This document shows, piece by piece, positions 48,821 to 62,329 of a stretch of DNA of 64,000 nt. This DNA comes from Phoronis australis. Its lineage: Eukaryota; Animalia; Phoronida. The stretch is from positions 888,803 through 952,802 of the forward strand of contig NMRA01000020.1 in the NCBI GenBank assembly GCA_002633005.1, read 5' to 3'. How positions within the stretch are numbered: the stretch's first letter is position 1; every line of letters begins with the position of its first letter. The notes beneath the pieces are model-generated. The model was given only the letters and a program-made list of their open reading frames with translations. It was not told where the DNA came from and searched no databases. Both the position numbers and the translations under genes were made by a program.

Positions 48821-50396
48821 TGTGGTGTGCTGACCACACACCATTAGGTGTGCCAACCACGAGTCTCAGAGATGACTCATTTAGACTCTACAGTCAGTGT
48901 GGCAAAGGACTCAATCTATTTATTAGTATTTCCATATTATATGTAGTTATCATCTCTTCAGCAAGCACTATATGCGTTATTCCAATTTACTGCGTTACTA
49001 CCAACACAACAATTGGCGACGAGGACAAAGAAGAACTTCACAATGGCTCAACATTTTCACGTGCCTGTACCGCCAACTTACTGGCCCACCGCCGGGACAG
49101 GACACTCCATCTCTGAAGTTTGAACAGTTCCTTGAAATAATAGAGGACTACTTTGTATTAACTGACCATGGGCGGGGCACCATAGTGCGCTGGGGAGCTA
49201 TATAGCCCCCACCTTTTTCCAGTGCTGCGCCGCCATGCTGACGCTAACCAAAAGGAAGGTAACCACCTCTCACATCAACAAAAAATATGCTACTACGATC
49301 GTTTCTGGGAGCTACGGCTATTGCAGTGGATGCCCACCCCAATGGCAAAACGTACAAATCAGCCGATGCTTCATATACAGCGTATGTGACGGTGACCAAG
49401 GAGACTTTCGACCGACCTGTAAATCGGGTAAGGGCGCATTTCGATTTTGACAATAGACTTCAGTTACCGAATGCGTCTGACTCCAAATTCCTGCAAGCGC
49501 ACTGTGCTCATTACAGAGTGATTGTGACTTTAAGGGAAACCCGGATTATTTTCTGGCTATCCGGTTTGTTCAGGGCTTGTACAACGAAGAGGCTCAATCT
49601 CGGAAACTTCAAGAGAAAGACACTGATTAAGCTCGTTTTATTGACATTGCCAAGAACGAAGAAACTACCCAGCAAACCCCCAAGGTTTTAAGTGGACAGC
49701 ATGGTGTTACTCATCCTCACGTGGCTGCAGCTAAAAGAAGGCCCCACACCCATAATGGCCACAAACCACAACAGCATCATTAAAGACGACACCCTAAACA
49801 AAAACATACTACTCCACAAAGAAAAACCTGTTAATTATTGCAGTGGTTCCAAGTTCCGGTCATCTCTGAAGAGAAGCGCGAGTCCGCTCGACCAAAAGAA
49901 ACCGCATACATGTACTCCCAAAGGATCGTCACCATGATCAGCGCCTCTAAAAGTTGTCGGCGACTGCATTGGCAACTGGACGTATAGCCTTTCAAACGGC
50001 CACGGTCAGCTCCGGCTGGAATGCCCGCCGCATGCGAAAGGTTTTCGAAGAGGCACACGATACCTGCTTCAACTTCGCGTGTTACCTCGACCATTCTGAC
50101 GTGCCGCGGCGATCGTCCCGCTCCAACAGAGGACTGCCACCAACTCGATTTCCGCACTAACGCAGTGATGAGCGGGGAGAGGTTGGTGCTCCGATCACAA
50201 ACTATCAGGTGTGCCAACCACGAACGTTAAAGTCACGAGTCTCAGAGGTGACTCATTTAGACTCTACAGTCAGTGTGGCAAAGGACTCCACGTATAGACC
50301 TATTTACAAGTATTTCCATATTATACGGAGTTACCATCTCTTCAGCAAGCAATATATGTGTTATACCAATTTACTGCGTTACTACCTACACAACTA
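48821..50396 (+). mobile_element. Internally deleted Ty3/Gypsy LTR retrotransposon with both LTRs
   Basis: Direct repeats ~48821-49011 and ~50183-50396, PBS TGGCGACGAGG at ~49014, PPT GAGCGGGGAGAGG at ~50170, gag start and integrase pieces (AVDAH; RRSSRSNRGLPPTRF). Confidence 0.85.
49167..49237. mobile_element. Ultra-short MITE with 5-bp TSD CTGAC inside the LTR element
   Basis: CTGAC|CATGGGCGG...CCGCCATG|CTGAC. Confidence 0.85.
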
Positions 50397-50412
50397 TTTG
50401 TTGAGTCGTAAC

Positions 50413-50564
50413 CAGGGGCGGATTCAGGATTTAATTGATTTAAGGGGGGCGGGCAGCTAGAGGGTAGAGTATTAGCCAGGATTTTGCCCGTCAGACATTC
50501 GCACCCGCAACTGCCATATAATCTAGAACTTAATGGCGGCGGCCCCCCTCTAAATCCGCCACTG
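50413..50564. mobile_element. GC-rich MITE (CAGGGGCGGATT...AATCCGCCACTG)
   Basis: TIRs visible, near-TSD GTAAC/GAAAC, homologous to 45210-45367. Confidence 0.8.
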
Positions 50565-50799
50565 GAAACTGTATTTTTATTCGAGAATTCAGACCGCAAT
50601 TTAACAATGAAGTTTTATAGCAATGCACCACAATTTTGTGGAGTCTGCAATAGGCTGATGAATTCTAGCTCCGTTTCTGAGACTAGGTTTCAACCGCCTT
50701 AGGCTAGAATAAGCGCACCCTCCCGAAACGAATTTTTGTAAGCGCCCTGTTCGCCTATCAGGGCAAATAATGAATGTGTGAATCTATTGAAAAAGTTCA

Positions 50800-51475
50800 C
50801 AGTGGTTACTGTCTGTACTTCGGGAGGAAGTTCTCCGATATGCAGAATTGATCAGCGCACGACACTTCTCGTTATTGCCAGAGTCTTTTAAACTACAACC
50901 GGAACGTGAAACCTGTGTGAATCTGTCTCACTATGATTTGGACGCAGCAGAAAAGGACTTTCTCGCACTGGGTATTAATGTTCTTGTTAGATCCAAGTTT
51001 GACACCTATCGCAAGAACGTTGTATAATGATATTTTGCGACTAAATTGAGCTGATGGGTTTCTCAGAGTTAACCCTAACATACGAGAACAGCTTCGGCTC
51101 TGAAGGGACCAAGTGTTGCAGCAAAAATCATCAGTGTGCTCTCTCCAACCGTCTCCTAGATGCTTCCAAACGTCTGAAGAATAATGATAACATCGTTATT
51201 CGCCGCGCCGATAAGTCTGCTCAGTATGTTATTTTAAACAAAGATGACTATTCCGATAAACTGAGTCTATTAATATGTCACCCTACCAAGTTTACTAGCA
51301 TTAGTCGGACACCCCTCATTGAACTTAAACGTGAATTGAATCGTCACATTAAGGCTATAAATGCTGAGGTTGGTCGTCGAATTTTCTAGACTGAAATCGA
51401 AGGCGACTACTCCGAAAGTTATCTCTGTGGTAACCCCAAAATAAACAAAAAGATGTTCCTCTACAGCCGATAATA
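50800..51475 (+). mobile_element. Penelope-like retroelement RT N-terminal fragment
   Basis: LKNNDNIVIRRADKSAQYVILNKDDYSDKL...KF and GNPKINK...PL.PII motifs typical of Penelope-type RTs; frameshifts and stops. Confidence 0.8.
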
Positions 51476-54400
51476 TATTATGAACGAAACGGAGTAAAGA
51501 CTGCCAAGAACGAAAAGTGTCGTGTGTTTAATCAATTCTGCAAATGGTTTCTGTAAATACGTTAATTACAAAATACATGCGTAAATCAATGATATATTAT
51601 ACAAGATTACTTCATATAGGAGAACATAGGTACCTACTGAAGTACTACAGCTACTAAGGGAACAGGATGAAAACGGTAATCGTAAATGGGCAAATCGAGT
51701 CAAAGAAATTTTGGGTATAGGTAAGGTTATGGGGAAGTTTGGTAAATTGGCCCAGGTAATGGAGTTGAATTTACTATGGTTTTCAAGCAGAGGTCACTAC
51801 AACTATACGGCGTATAAGCTCTTATCCGCTGGATAGTTATACAGACTTTTATGCAACCGGGCCCAGATAACGACAGAAGCCTGGATGATAGTTTCACTGG
51901 TGAGAGTATGGTAGACACCCACAACACGTACGGTACCAAAGTCCAAATCACGACAAGAGGTGAGGCAGGCGGGGCCAAGTACGAGAGCACTTCCTAGACC
52001 GACAATAAAAGTTTGTAGCTGTAAACTGCATTGTTAAAGAGTAGAAAGAAGCCGAATAAACGAACGCATCACAGGGCACCAGAAGCGCAATTAGAAGGTT
52101 AGTACTGTATATTAGGCCGCAACACAAGAAAATACCACCTTTAACAGATTCACAGGATAGTCTCTGGGCATCAGACCAGTAAATGTCATGACAAAGAGCA
52201 CAACTACGCAAAAACGTCAAAGACAATCGCACCTATAAAGACGATGGTTAACCAGGCCGTGTCTGCCTTGTATGCGCGTGACGACGCAAGTCGGTGCATG
52301 CCGGGAAAACGCGACGCGGACAAGGTGGAAGGGGAGAAGAAACAAAGAGAGAATACTTAACAATTACTTGACGAACATCCACAAAAAGTTCATATCTGAG
52401 GAGCCTTCAATCGAGCTGTTTTGCAAAATGCGTCCAAAGAACATATGAGAGACAATAAACGTTGTCGTCAAGAAGCATGTCTATGCATGTCCCACCAAAT
52501 CATGGCTTTAAAACTGAACTCTCTTCGTTCGTAAGGGGTGGATCAGTATTTCGCCGAAACCTGAACAGAAGTAGCGAAGAAGTTGACAGTAAGCGCTTTC
52601 GAAATAAAGGTCCAGGCCATATCGGATGCGGACATCGAATACGAGCAGTGGAGCAGTGTAGTCGTTGATGGCACGAAAATAAAAACGCGCATCGTTAAAG
52701 AAACCAAACCAAACCAAACCAAAGGACGAGTTTGTGGAGCACACGACGAAGCAATTCAAAAGCTTTCTGCAGCACGTCGACCGTGTTCATAAGCAGTACC
52801 AAGCATTGAGCGAGTTGAAAGACAAACAGCCAAAGGGACACGTGACTCTCCATGTGGACTTCAACGAAAACTTTACGTGCCATTCAATGGATGAGGTACA
52901 TACAGCGTACTGGAATGCAACATCAGTAAGCTTTCACTCGAACAACCAAAATCAGCAAAGTTACGAATCAGCCCTTTTACGCTCTTCTGCCACTTACATT
53001 GCCAATCTTATTCAAGCACATTTTTAAGCAATACTGACAACTTTATCTTTTCACATATTTTTTTTCCAATTGCACACTTTAGTGGCGTAGGAATCTGGCA
53101 CCTATACAACGCCATCCAGGAACTCAGTACCGCTGCTCATACAAGTGTTTGCAAGTGGACAGGTGCCTGTGAGTTGTGCAGTTTGGATGTGAGACATGTT
53201 CTGTGAGTGTAGGCAAGAGTTTGTGAGTTTACAGGTCCTGAGCCACATTAAAAAGTGTGCGAGACGAGTACATATAATAAATTAAATTGGAACCATTATA
53301 GAGTCAATCTTGAACTGAGTCTACATGAACAACTGCCATTGCTGCAACCAACACAAAATAAGGTATCACAAATACTAAGAAACGACCATAAACAGGTTTA
53401 TCATCATTAAATTCCCCAGAACTCTTACCTTCAAGTCACAAACACTTAGTGTATGCAACAGCTTCGTACCTAACGTGAAAAGCTCACACTGTAGGTTTTC
53501 GTAACAAGCCCACACTGACTTTGTTTCTGTCACAAAATTCCCAGAAACACCTTGGTGCAAAACATGAACAAAATACAAAAACGTCCTATAATCTAACAAC
53601 ATTATCTAAATATAAACTGGAAGTAAGGCCAATGTCCCTAAAGATGGAACAAAGCACTGAACAAATTCTAAACCTTCATTTTAGAGCTATTAACTCCCTT
53701 GGTGTGACCATGAAAAGGATGTCTATGTCACCAACTTAGACTGGTGCCAAGCGATCTCCCATCTACACATTGATGCCAAGAATATTTTTTCCAGTCTCAG
53801 AGTGATGTCCAGATCATCAAATTCAAATGGCATTCCTAAATACCCTACATACACGTAAGCGCCAAATATGAGCAAAATATCAACCTTCCTTGTTGAGATA
53901 TTGTGCAACATTTCACATGTTGAAACCTCAAAATTTTCACTGTGACCATGAAAAGGTCAAGGTCATCAAATTCCTGCAGTGATGCAAAATATGAACAAAA
54001 TCTGAACATTCCTTCTTGACATATGGTGCCAACATTTTCTAAGTCAACTGAAACTTGATTTTCTTCCCGGGTACCTTGGAAATGACCTCGAAGTCACCAC
54101 ATTAGACTGGCGCCTGGTAGATGCCCCACCTACATCTCACTGCAAAATATGAACAAGTTAAACTGAAAGCTTCTCTCTTGAGATATAAAGCCAAGGGGAT
54201 TAGTGTGATGAAAGAGATGCCCTAACCTGTGGAGGTGGCAACAATGAACAAAATAAGGCTCACTACATACAGTATTGGGAATTTCCAATAGTGCTCCCAA
54301 GACTGTCTCACATAATTCTAGGAGAGTAGTGTGGGAAGAAGGAATCAGTGTGCCTAGGGAGCTTTTTCGCAAACACTGTACATGGTCTTTACTTTACTGC

Positions 54401-57328
54401 TGCTGTTAATGTATTGGCTTAAGGAGCCACCAGTGAAACCGGAAAATGTACAAGAGCGCAGTTACACAGTAATAGCTGGCACTGGGTTGAGAAGACAGGA
54501 TACACACCTATGAAGCTCCAACACAAAGCACAATGACACTCCTGAAGATGTCATATCCCTCTACAGTGCAACCAATGACAGACCCTGAAATATAAAATTC
54601 AACACCACTTAGGTCAGAGAAAGTGCGATCTGAAACCATTTTTAGCATATCAACGGCACTAAAATTTGTTAAATATGAGAAACATTTGTATTACCATTTT
54701 CGACAAAGGAACTGTTGGTTTTGGAATGCAATCTGCCACAGAAAAGCTTTCTCTACCTGTATAGTCATTATGGTTGTGTAGGACCCTAGGAAAATGTCCA
54801 AATTTGACTGACTTTGAACACAGCATCTCGAAACGGTTGATCGGATTCAGATAAACTTTCACCTACTATGCTTTATGCTCCATTCTCTAAAAAAACTGCC
54901 AGAAATTGATTTAAAATGCTCAACTTTTGCATGACGGGATATCAAATACAGAAAGTTATTGATACTGTTGTAATGCTTTGGTTGTTACTTTCTTTTTGCT
55001 ACGTTTTACTAAAGCAGCAAGGTAATGTGACCCAATAAATGACAAATCAATGTGACATTAAAAATCGAAGACAACCTTTCTATATTTCTTAAATTTGGCT
55101 AAATCCGCAGACTTGTCCATAACGTCCTACTTGCTGGATCTCAGTTTGGCGAGTATGGCACATAAAATAAATCAAATTATTGTTTGTTTAAAATCATTGA
55201 AACCAATCAAATTTTTTGACCTGGGTACAAAAAATTACCAAAGTCCGGAGAAAAACTAATTTGTGTTGCCAGAAGTCTCGATACATTGCCAATCAAATGC
55301 CAATGGCCTCAAAGGCATTGTGGAAAGAATTCAAACTTGGTGAAAACTCAAAAAATCTTGCCCACTTTCAACTTAAATTGTACGAATTAAAAACGGTGAA
55401 AAACAAGAGCTCGATAAGTTTAACATGGACCCTAAAAACAACTTACCTGCAGTACACTGCTGATACATCCACCAGATAACAACAGGTCCATCAGCGACCA
55501 ATCGGTGCATCTTATTAACTTATTGCAAACACCCATGCATGTAGGCGTGTTTAAAAAGCCAGACACAGTGGAGACTTAAAAACCTTTCTGTACGTACTTT
55601 GGTACTATGGAATTCCGTTATCTTTTTAAACAGGAGCTACAATTCCCAATTTACGCAGAGGATGATGAGAATACCCTTGTTTTTTTTGCAACTAGGTTTT
55701 GAAGATGTCATTTCCTACCTGACCTACTCATTGCTGTAGAAGTCCTCAAGAATTCATTTCTAGAATACACATGTGTACGGCTTAAGTTGGTTTGCTGCAA
55801 AGCTAGTACTTTTAGTAAAAATTTTTAAGAAAAACTGCACAATCTAGCAAAGATACTTCACATACCAGTCCCTATTTTAGAATAAGTGTAATTAGTGTTG
55901 GTAAATGAGATATTTAACATAACCTTTCACGACATATAGTAGAGGGACGAGGGGCAGTGATATGCACCCACAGAAGTGCATCGCATCAGTATGTAACAAA
56001 GACTAGTCATTCAATGGAGAGAATCAACCACTACAGCGACTTCGCAGAAACTGAAAAGGGTCCACAAGTCACATTACAGTGATTCCTCACTTACTTAGCA
56101 CACGACCTGCAATTTTATTTCGTTGAATTTCTCCACAGGAACACTTTATTACAAGCATACACAGATTGTAGTTTGTAGATGTCCTAAAACACTTGGTGAA
56201 AATCCTATTATTTGCAAAAAGGTAAAAAGCATTTGAAAAATGAAAAAAATAACCACTTTGGCAATTTTCATGCGAAATAAGTGGACAACCCCCATACCAT
56301 TGGTAAAACACACTGGAAAATGACAGGACCCATTTGACCCAATAAGGCTAAGGTATACGGAGTCACTGAACATAGAAGTCGTCAAGGAGGTCCCTTTTGC
56401 ACAAAATTCAGCAGGTACTGCCAGTTTGCCAACAAGTAGTGTGACAATTTTCAACAAAATCTGACAAGTACTTCGATGTATTTGGACCAATCCAAAAACC
56501 AAATGGTCACTCACCCCTGTGTCAGATTTCATCCATATCCCTCAAGTTTTCAGAATCAACGGACCAGAATGCGTGGACAGACACTAAACCAACCAGTAAA
56601 ACCAGACCCACTCAGCAACCCACTAACCGAACATACACACAATATGCACCCACACATCTAAATGGGGTGCATAAAACGGGATGTGAATAAGGGTGTGAAG
56701 TAAACAACGTGCATTTAAGGAATAATCTTACCAACAGCACGAGCACCCAAACAAAGGACCATTCATTTGCTTCATACTTCTGGCTTCAATCCAAGCCCCC
56801 AAAACTACAACAAGCGCCATCTTTTGGCATTCCTGACCGATTCTCATTCTCAAGCCTGGTTTTTCTTATGCTTCTCTTGAAAGCTTCTAACCCAGAAAAA
56901 CTTCTCTTTAAGCTTCATTTTTCATTTCACTTCTTCGTTTTCAAACTTCATTTTTCATTTTCATTCTTCAACATTTTCAACGCTTCATACTTCAATTACG
57001 TCAACTGTTTTTCTATCTTCAACACCTTTTTAAAACAGGAAAACAGTGTTAGATGGTTTGGACACAATACGACATCCCAGACATTACGACATTGAAAACT
57101 GCAACAGCGTTCAATCATGGCAACATTAAGTGCAACAAAGAAATCTTTACAACTGACCACTTCTCAATGTCGCACACACACGGATGCCTTAAACAGTAAT
57201 ACAAGTGTACTGGTAAAATAATGCGGCAAGACACAGCTATTTGGATACATATTTTTATTGATAAGTCATTAAAAATACTACATTCAGTACCGAACTAAAA
57301 CACAGATGCAACAAAAGTATGGAACAAC

Positions 57329-57584
57329 CAGGGCTTGGAATGACCAATGACAAAAATGAGGAAAATTTTCCAGGTGATGCATCGTTCCACATCTAAATAG
57401 GCTTGTGGGGTAGAAATATTTTTGAATTGTAAAATTTAACTGAAATCAATATTTTTGCAAAAATAAAGTCAAAATGAAGATCAAAAAAAAAAAAAACGAA
57501 AAAGATGAAACTGGAAATCAAATAAGAGGAAATCGAAACCAAACAAGAGGAACTCCTCTTAAAAGAAGAAAATTCCAAGCCCTG
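57329..57584 (+). mobile_element. ~255-bp MITE with perfect 13-bp TIRs, in the probable TRA2 3'UTR
   Basis: CAGGGCTTGGAAT...ATTCCAAGCCCTG; lies between the TRA2 stop (57937) and a minus-strand AATAAA near 57255. Confidence 0.9.
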
Positions 57585-57936
57585 ATACACCACTGGATAA
57601 CATTTTTTTAAAAATAAAAAGCATTTCTATAAATTTAGACACTCATGGCCGACTAATTATCAGATAAGCTTACAGAAATTCCAAAATTACATATGAAAAA
57701 GACAATCGTACCAAAATGCTACACTCTGATGAGAGAATAGATTTACAAGTTCAAACAGAGCAACTTAGACAGTAGTAGTGGAAATATTGTAAGCAAAATG
57801 CAACATCTTTACAAAGTGTTTTTCTCCAAAATTCAAGACTGACAAATTCCTAGCATTCACATATGTGAAGCACTCATTCAGGAGTGTTTTCGAGTTTTAT
57901 TTACAAAGCAATAAGACTGTGGTCACCAGTAGTCTT

Positions 57937-57947
57937 TTAGTATCGAC
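57937..57947 (-). CDS. TRA2: TRA2 last coding exon (R-R-Y-stop)
   Basis: ttcttccccgtag|GT CGA TAC TAA gives the SYSPRRY* ending known from TRA2A/B. Confidence 0.88.
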
Positions 57948-59436
57948 CTACGGGGAAGAACAAGAGAGCCTCGTCAGTTAAAACTGCAATCAAGCACATG
58001 TGAATCTGTGGCACTATACATGAACAGCAGTACTGGACTGTGCAACAGATAAGTGTCAATCAAGGTAAACAACTGTTCAAATTACATAACACAGGCAATG
58101 TTTTCATCCGATGAATATGTCACGATTACATTGTGCTACCAGGGACTCCTTATAGGTCAGATGTTATTGACTGGTAGAAAATGTTCTAACGCACAGCTGA
58201 AAGTGTAACTACATAGTAAATTTTAAGGTAATGCAGTGTAGAGCGATTTCATCTGTGATCGAACGTAGGACCAAAATATGGTTTTGACAATGACGACACA
58301 TCTGACTTTGGGGGATTTCATCTACAAAGCTGCAAATGCATTGTGGGATGATTGTAGGTTTGTAAACTTCCGACGACAACACCGATAATGCGGGTTTCTG
58401 TTCGCACATGCAAGAGTTTAGCGAGTAAAGCCAATGTGATCATGCGCTTTGCTCGTGATGCATGACGATATCTTGAGAACTAATGCTTTTCCAGAGTTTC
58501 TTGGGTCTACAAAATGCCGGCTGGGCGTTTTACTGACGCCAAGAATCCTACTACAATGCACCCAAACTCTCCATAACGGTGAGCTCAAGTGACAAGTATC
58601 ATTTTCCATCGCACTGTTTACATGTCACATTTTCTGTGATGTTACCAGATATTTGGGAGCAGACAACCATCTCACAGACCTGTGTACCACCTAAACTGCA
58701 TTGGTGTACTTTGAACACCAGATCTGTGTTACCATCAGCTCAACGTGCCACGATGTCAATGCAGTCACCATGTGCGCAAGATAACACGCTACACAACTTG
58801 CAGTATAAATTCTACAGTCCCTTCCATAAGACACTGTCATTCTTTGAAATAACGTGGCAAAACAGATGTTCCCTTCTTAAAGAAACTACTTTCTTCACAG
58901 CTCAGAATATGCAGCCACCCATGCATTGCCATTTTGACAACAGTATGTATTTAGCCCCAAATAGCCGAAATTAGACAAAGTAAGCAATCCACAAACCATA
59001 GATGTCGTGGCTTATAGGTTAGGCCTGTGACACACATACTGACAGAGAAGACCTCGTAATTCGCCAATTATCGGGCTATTTCGAAAATGAAATGAAGTGA
59101 GTTTTTCGAGTTAGTAGCTCATCTTTTTTAATAATAATAATTTCTTTTTTAATAATAATTTTAGAATCTGCTCAATTTGCGTATTTTTGCCTGGCCGTGC
59201 GTATTTGGATACTGGAGGCTCGATTTCCGTATGAATCCATTTTTGTGTATGGTATACAGGTCTGATCTCATAACGTTTTTGAAAAACGACAGCAGCATTG
59301 TAAATGAAATGTACGAATAGACCACTCAAAGAGCGCAAGATTCACTAACTTTCAGGAAATGGTAGTTACACGCAAGTTCCATTAAAAAATTGAAGCAAAT
59401 AATATATTCACTTAAGAGTTAGAGAGGCATACTTAC

Positions 59437-59534
59437 GAGGCGAGTAACTACGAGATCGCGACCGTGAATACCGACCACCACGGCGATAGTACGGAGAGGG
59501 TGATCTTCTTGGTGGACGCTCTCTGTAGCCACCC
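59437..59534 (-). CDS. TRA2: TRA2 RS2 exon ([32 protein letters not shown])
   Basis: caatag acceptor, C|gtaagt donor; matches human [24 protein letters not shown]. Confidence 0.93.
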
Positions 59535-59966
59535 CTATTGTAACAAAAACAATCGGTCATTGTATTCACACAGGCGTTATGGAGTAAGTCATATAGTCAA
59601 GACAGCTGAACAAAACACTTAGTTTTGGTTTGATTAAGTAATAAAATCATTCCATTTTAAACTTCTGTCAAGAAATCGATAAATTTATAACTTAATTCAG
59701 CGAATAACCTCATAACACTAATTCTTATCTCACTTTATATAACTGCTCTAAGAAAGTGGGCATGTGGGACGAATAGTAACTAAACTTTTTCCTGCAAGTC
59801 TTGGGTACAGTTTTAACTCAGACCAATCTAAACATGCCAACATCGACAGGTGACATGTTATTCAGATCTCACATCACAATTTTCAATGTATGCATTCCAG
59901 GAAGGTTGTAGATAGGCCAGCAAATGCCCAAGTAGAGTAAAAATCTTACGCAACACAACTACCCAC

Positions 59967-60082
59967 CCTGTTGGCTTGCCCAAATAAATCCCTGGAGTCG
60001 GCGTATGTGCCCGCTTGGTGATTGAGAAGTCAACACGAATTCGTCGCCCGTCAATCTCCATGCCGGCACATTTCTCCTTCGC
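59967..60082 (-). CDS. TRA2: TRA2 RRM C-terminus and linker exon ([38 protein letters not shown])
   Basis: Diagnostic Tra2 linker [18 protein letters not shown]; canonical splice sites. Confidence 0.97.
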
Positions 60083-62140
60083 CTGTAAATATAAAAATAA
60101 ATTCCATCAGTGATAACCAGCTACTGTAGCTAGAAGTACAACAATCATATCATTAGTGTTATTACTATCCACTAAATGTCTCCACTGCTCTATGTATGTA
60201 TTAAGCTCCATGCACCTACAGTACAAGCCAAAAGTATTCGAACAAAATGACCCAGAATTCCCCGCCACATGGCTGCGCAGAAACCGAATTCACCGTTAGA
60301 GTAGCACTCCCTCACGGCCGAGAATGAAAAATAGTAAGGTGACCTAGTCAATCTCTAATTAGAATAGTGACATTATAATGGTCATTACCAGTAGTTTTTG
60401 CAGTAAACATAAAGCCATCATGATGAGAAAACGAAGTTGTCTTTTACACTATAGTTAAAATAATTAAATTGTACTCCTTTGTTTCACCCTGTGCACCTAA
60501 GCTTCACATGTAGACGCATGCAGCTATCCCTCGTATATGTTCATATCTGAAATTGGGTTTTTGTTTTTTTTTGGGCGTATTTTCATAACTTTTCATTTAA
60601 AGGTGAAATAAACTAGGTTTTAATCTAGTCACTTATCTTTATCAAGTCGGTCTCATCTCGTAGCTTTCTTCGATTGAAAATTTCTAGACTTGCAAAGAAC
60701 TGACAATTCACTATAGTTTTAGTCCAGGGCTATTAAATTGCCTCCTCATGCTGCTTAGTTTGAGCAGCTGAAGCAATATGGCCGTCAGAGGAATTCCAGG
60801 TGTGAGCTATCCTCAGCGGGAGACTTTCAGTAAGCAATGTGAGCAGATCCAGTGACTCCTATCACCACCTAGCTGTAACACGTGGTACTTTTACTCAATG
60901 GGTGGCCTAGGGGAACATTTTGACTTCATGAAAAGACCCTTTTACAGTAAGTGTGATTCGACATGGTGCTTTAAAATAAAAGTGAGGTTGGCTTCTCATC
61001 CTTTAAAGGTCATGAGTATCCAGTGATCAGTTTCCACATTACTATTTGAGAGTCTCTAAATGGAGGTAGAAAAACGCAGTGCATTTTAGAAGTTTATGCA
61101 CTACCAGCAGTCCAGGCAAATGGGTGTTAAAATGTCAGGGCTTCAAATTCTTCGTGCTAAGAGAAATGTGCAGTGTTGATATGCGCGCACTGTTTAAAAT
61201 GACCTCTGGGGGGTGCAAAGTAAGTCAGGAAAGCACTCCTCTATAGGAACACACCAGCCACCTTTCGAAGTGATTTTTCAATCAGTTCCAAGGTCATGGG
61301 TACGGGAGAAAAAGAACTGACACAAAAATGCAACTAGGGAGTGCAACAGAGGTCAAACCTGTCTGAAAGGGGCAGGTTCCATAACTCTTAACTTATTTAG
61401 AACACAACACCATTAAAAACTCAGCTGATCATGCTGTTGCATTGCTAGGGCTGCCCACCCATTTAGCACAAAATCTGTAACCTTTAAGCTATAAATCCAT
61501 ATTTTGCAAGTGAAAGCTTAATGAATAATATCCAATAACTTTAGAAAGTTTAAATCTCAATCAAAAGATGGTGTGATATACCTATGAACAATTTTCAGTA
61601 AAAAGCGACATTAAAAGCCCAGCTTGTCACATTGATGTTTTCTGGTTGACATAGTAGTTTTCTTTCCATCAAACCATGACCAAGCTAATCTCAATATCTG
61701 GTAATTCCTGATCCATGCCGACACCACCTGAATTCTCAGTGCTTGACAAGACAAAATGCAGTTTTTCCTCATCTCATTTTCAAAATATAGTCAAATTCCT
61801 TGAAATATTCAACTCCAAAATTCCGCCCTAAACATGATTTCAAAGCAGAAGACATCCCACAAAACCTAGTAAGCCAGTTTCTCATTGATCAGTCCTTCAC
61901 AAACTAACTTCAATTGACCAATCATGAAAGGCAAAGCTCATATGCAAATTAAATAATGCAAAGGTACTCAAGATACATCTTTGGCCAGATCTTGCCCTCT
62001 AGACTATTTCTGCCATTTACCGGAGCATTCTGCCAATATGGCGCATTAAAGACATTTTTTTACTTTCACTTGATTTTTTGAAGAGGAAAATGGGATAGTA
62101 AAGGCAGAGATAAACAGAGTAAAAAAAATAAACTACAAAC

Positions 62141-62329
62141 TTCTATGGCGTCGTCAATGTCTTTGAAGTAGACAAAGCCAAATCCTCGAGACCGGCCACT
62201 ATGATGATCGTAGACGATGTTGGCTTCATCCAGGGGACCGTAGCGACCAAACACATCACGAATGTCGCGTTCCTGAGTGTACAAGCTCAAACCAAACACT
62301 CCCAGACAGTTGGATGCATCGGGATTGTC
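62141..62329 (-). CDS. TRA2: TRA2 RRM exon ([22 protein letters not shown]...[10 protein letters not shown])
   Basis: RNP2 CLGVFGL and RNP1 RGFGFVYF; 189 nt, phase 0/0. Confidence 0.97.

Larger units (their letters stand above)
48510..50772. mobile_element. Truncated pogo/Tc1-like element (homologue of 63387-64000)
   Basis: 48580-48820 aligns with 63690-63925; homology resumes after the LTR element and MITE; degenerate inverted terminus near 50772. Confidence 0.7.
47773..51864 (+). mobile_element. Decayed PIF/Harbinger transposon
   Basis: Perfect 18-bp TIRs GGGCCCGGTTGCATAAAA / TTTTATGCAACCGGGCCC, TTATCC-type subterminal repeats, HARBI1-like transposase remnants RYLATGSF..VVGD and FPGTIGRVDGIHVKI...FINRKNDHSIN (48000-48506). 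Confidence 0.92.
46539..53095 (+). mobile_element. Decayed Sola2-type DNA transposon, interrupted by nested insertions
   Basis: TIR core CCACTAAAGTG(C/T)GCAA at 46550 and inverted at ~53070; transposase pieces LYARDDASRCMPGKRD...KKQR (~52270) and HVDFNENFTC...DEVHTAYW (~52850). The Sola2 assignment rests on recalled DF.EN motifs. Confidence 0.7.

Noticed and set aside
60720-60890. Possible poison exon or snoRNA in the TRA2 RRM intron
   Set aside because: No convincing donor, GAA enrichment or C/D and H/ACA boxes; cannot be supported without conservation data.
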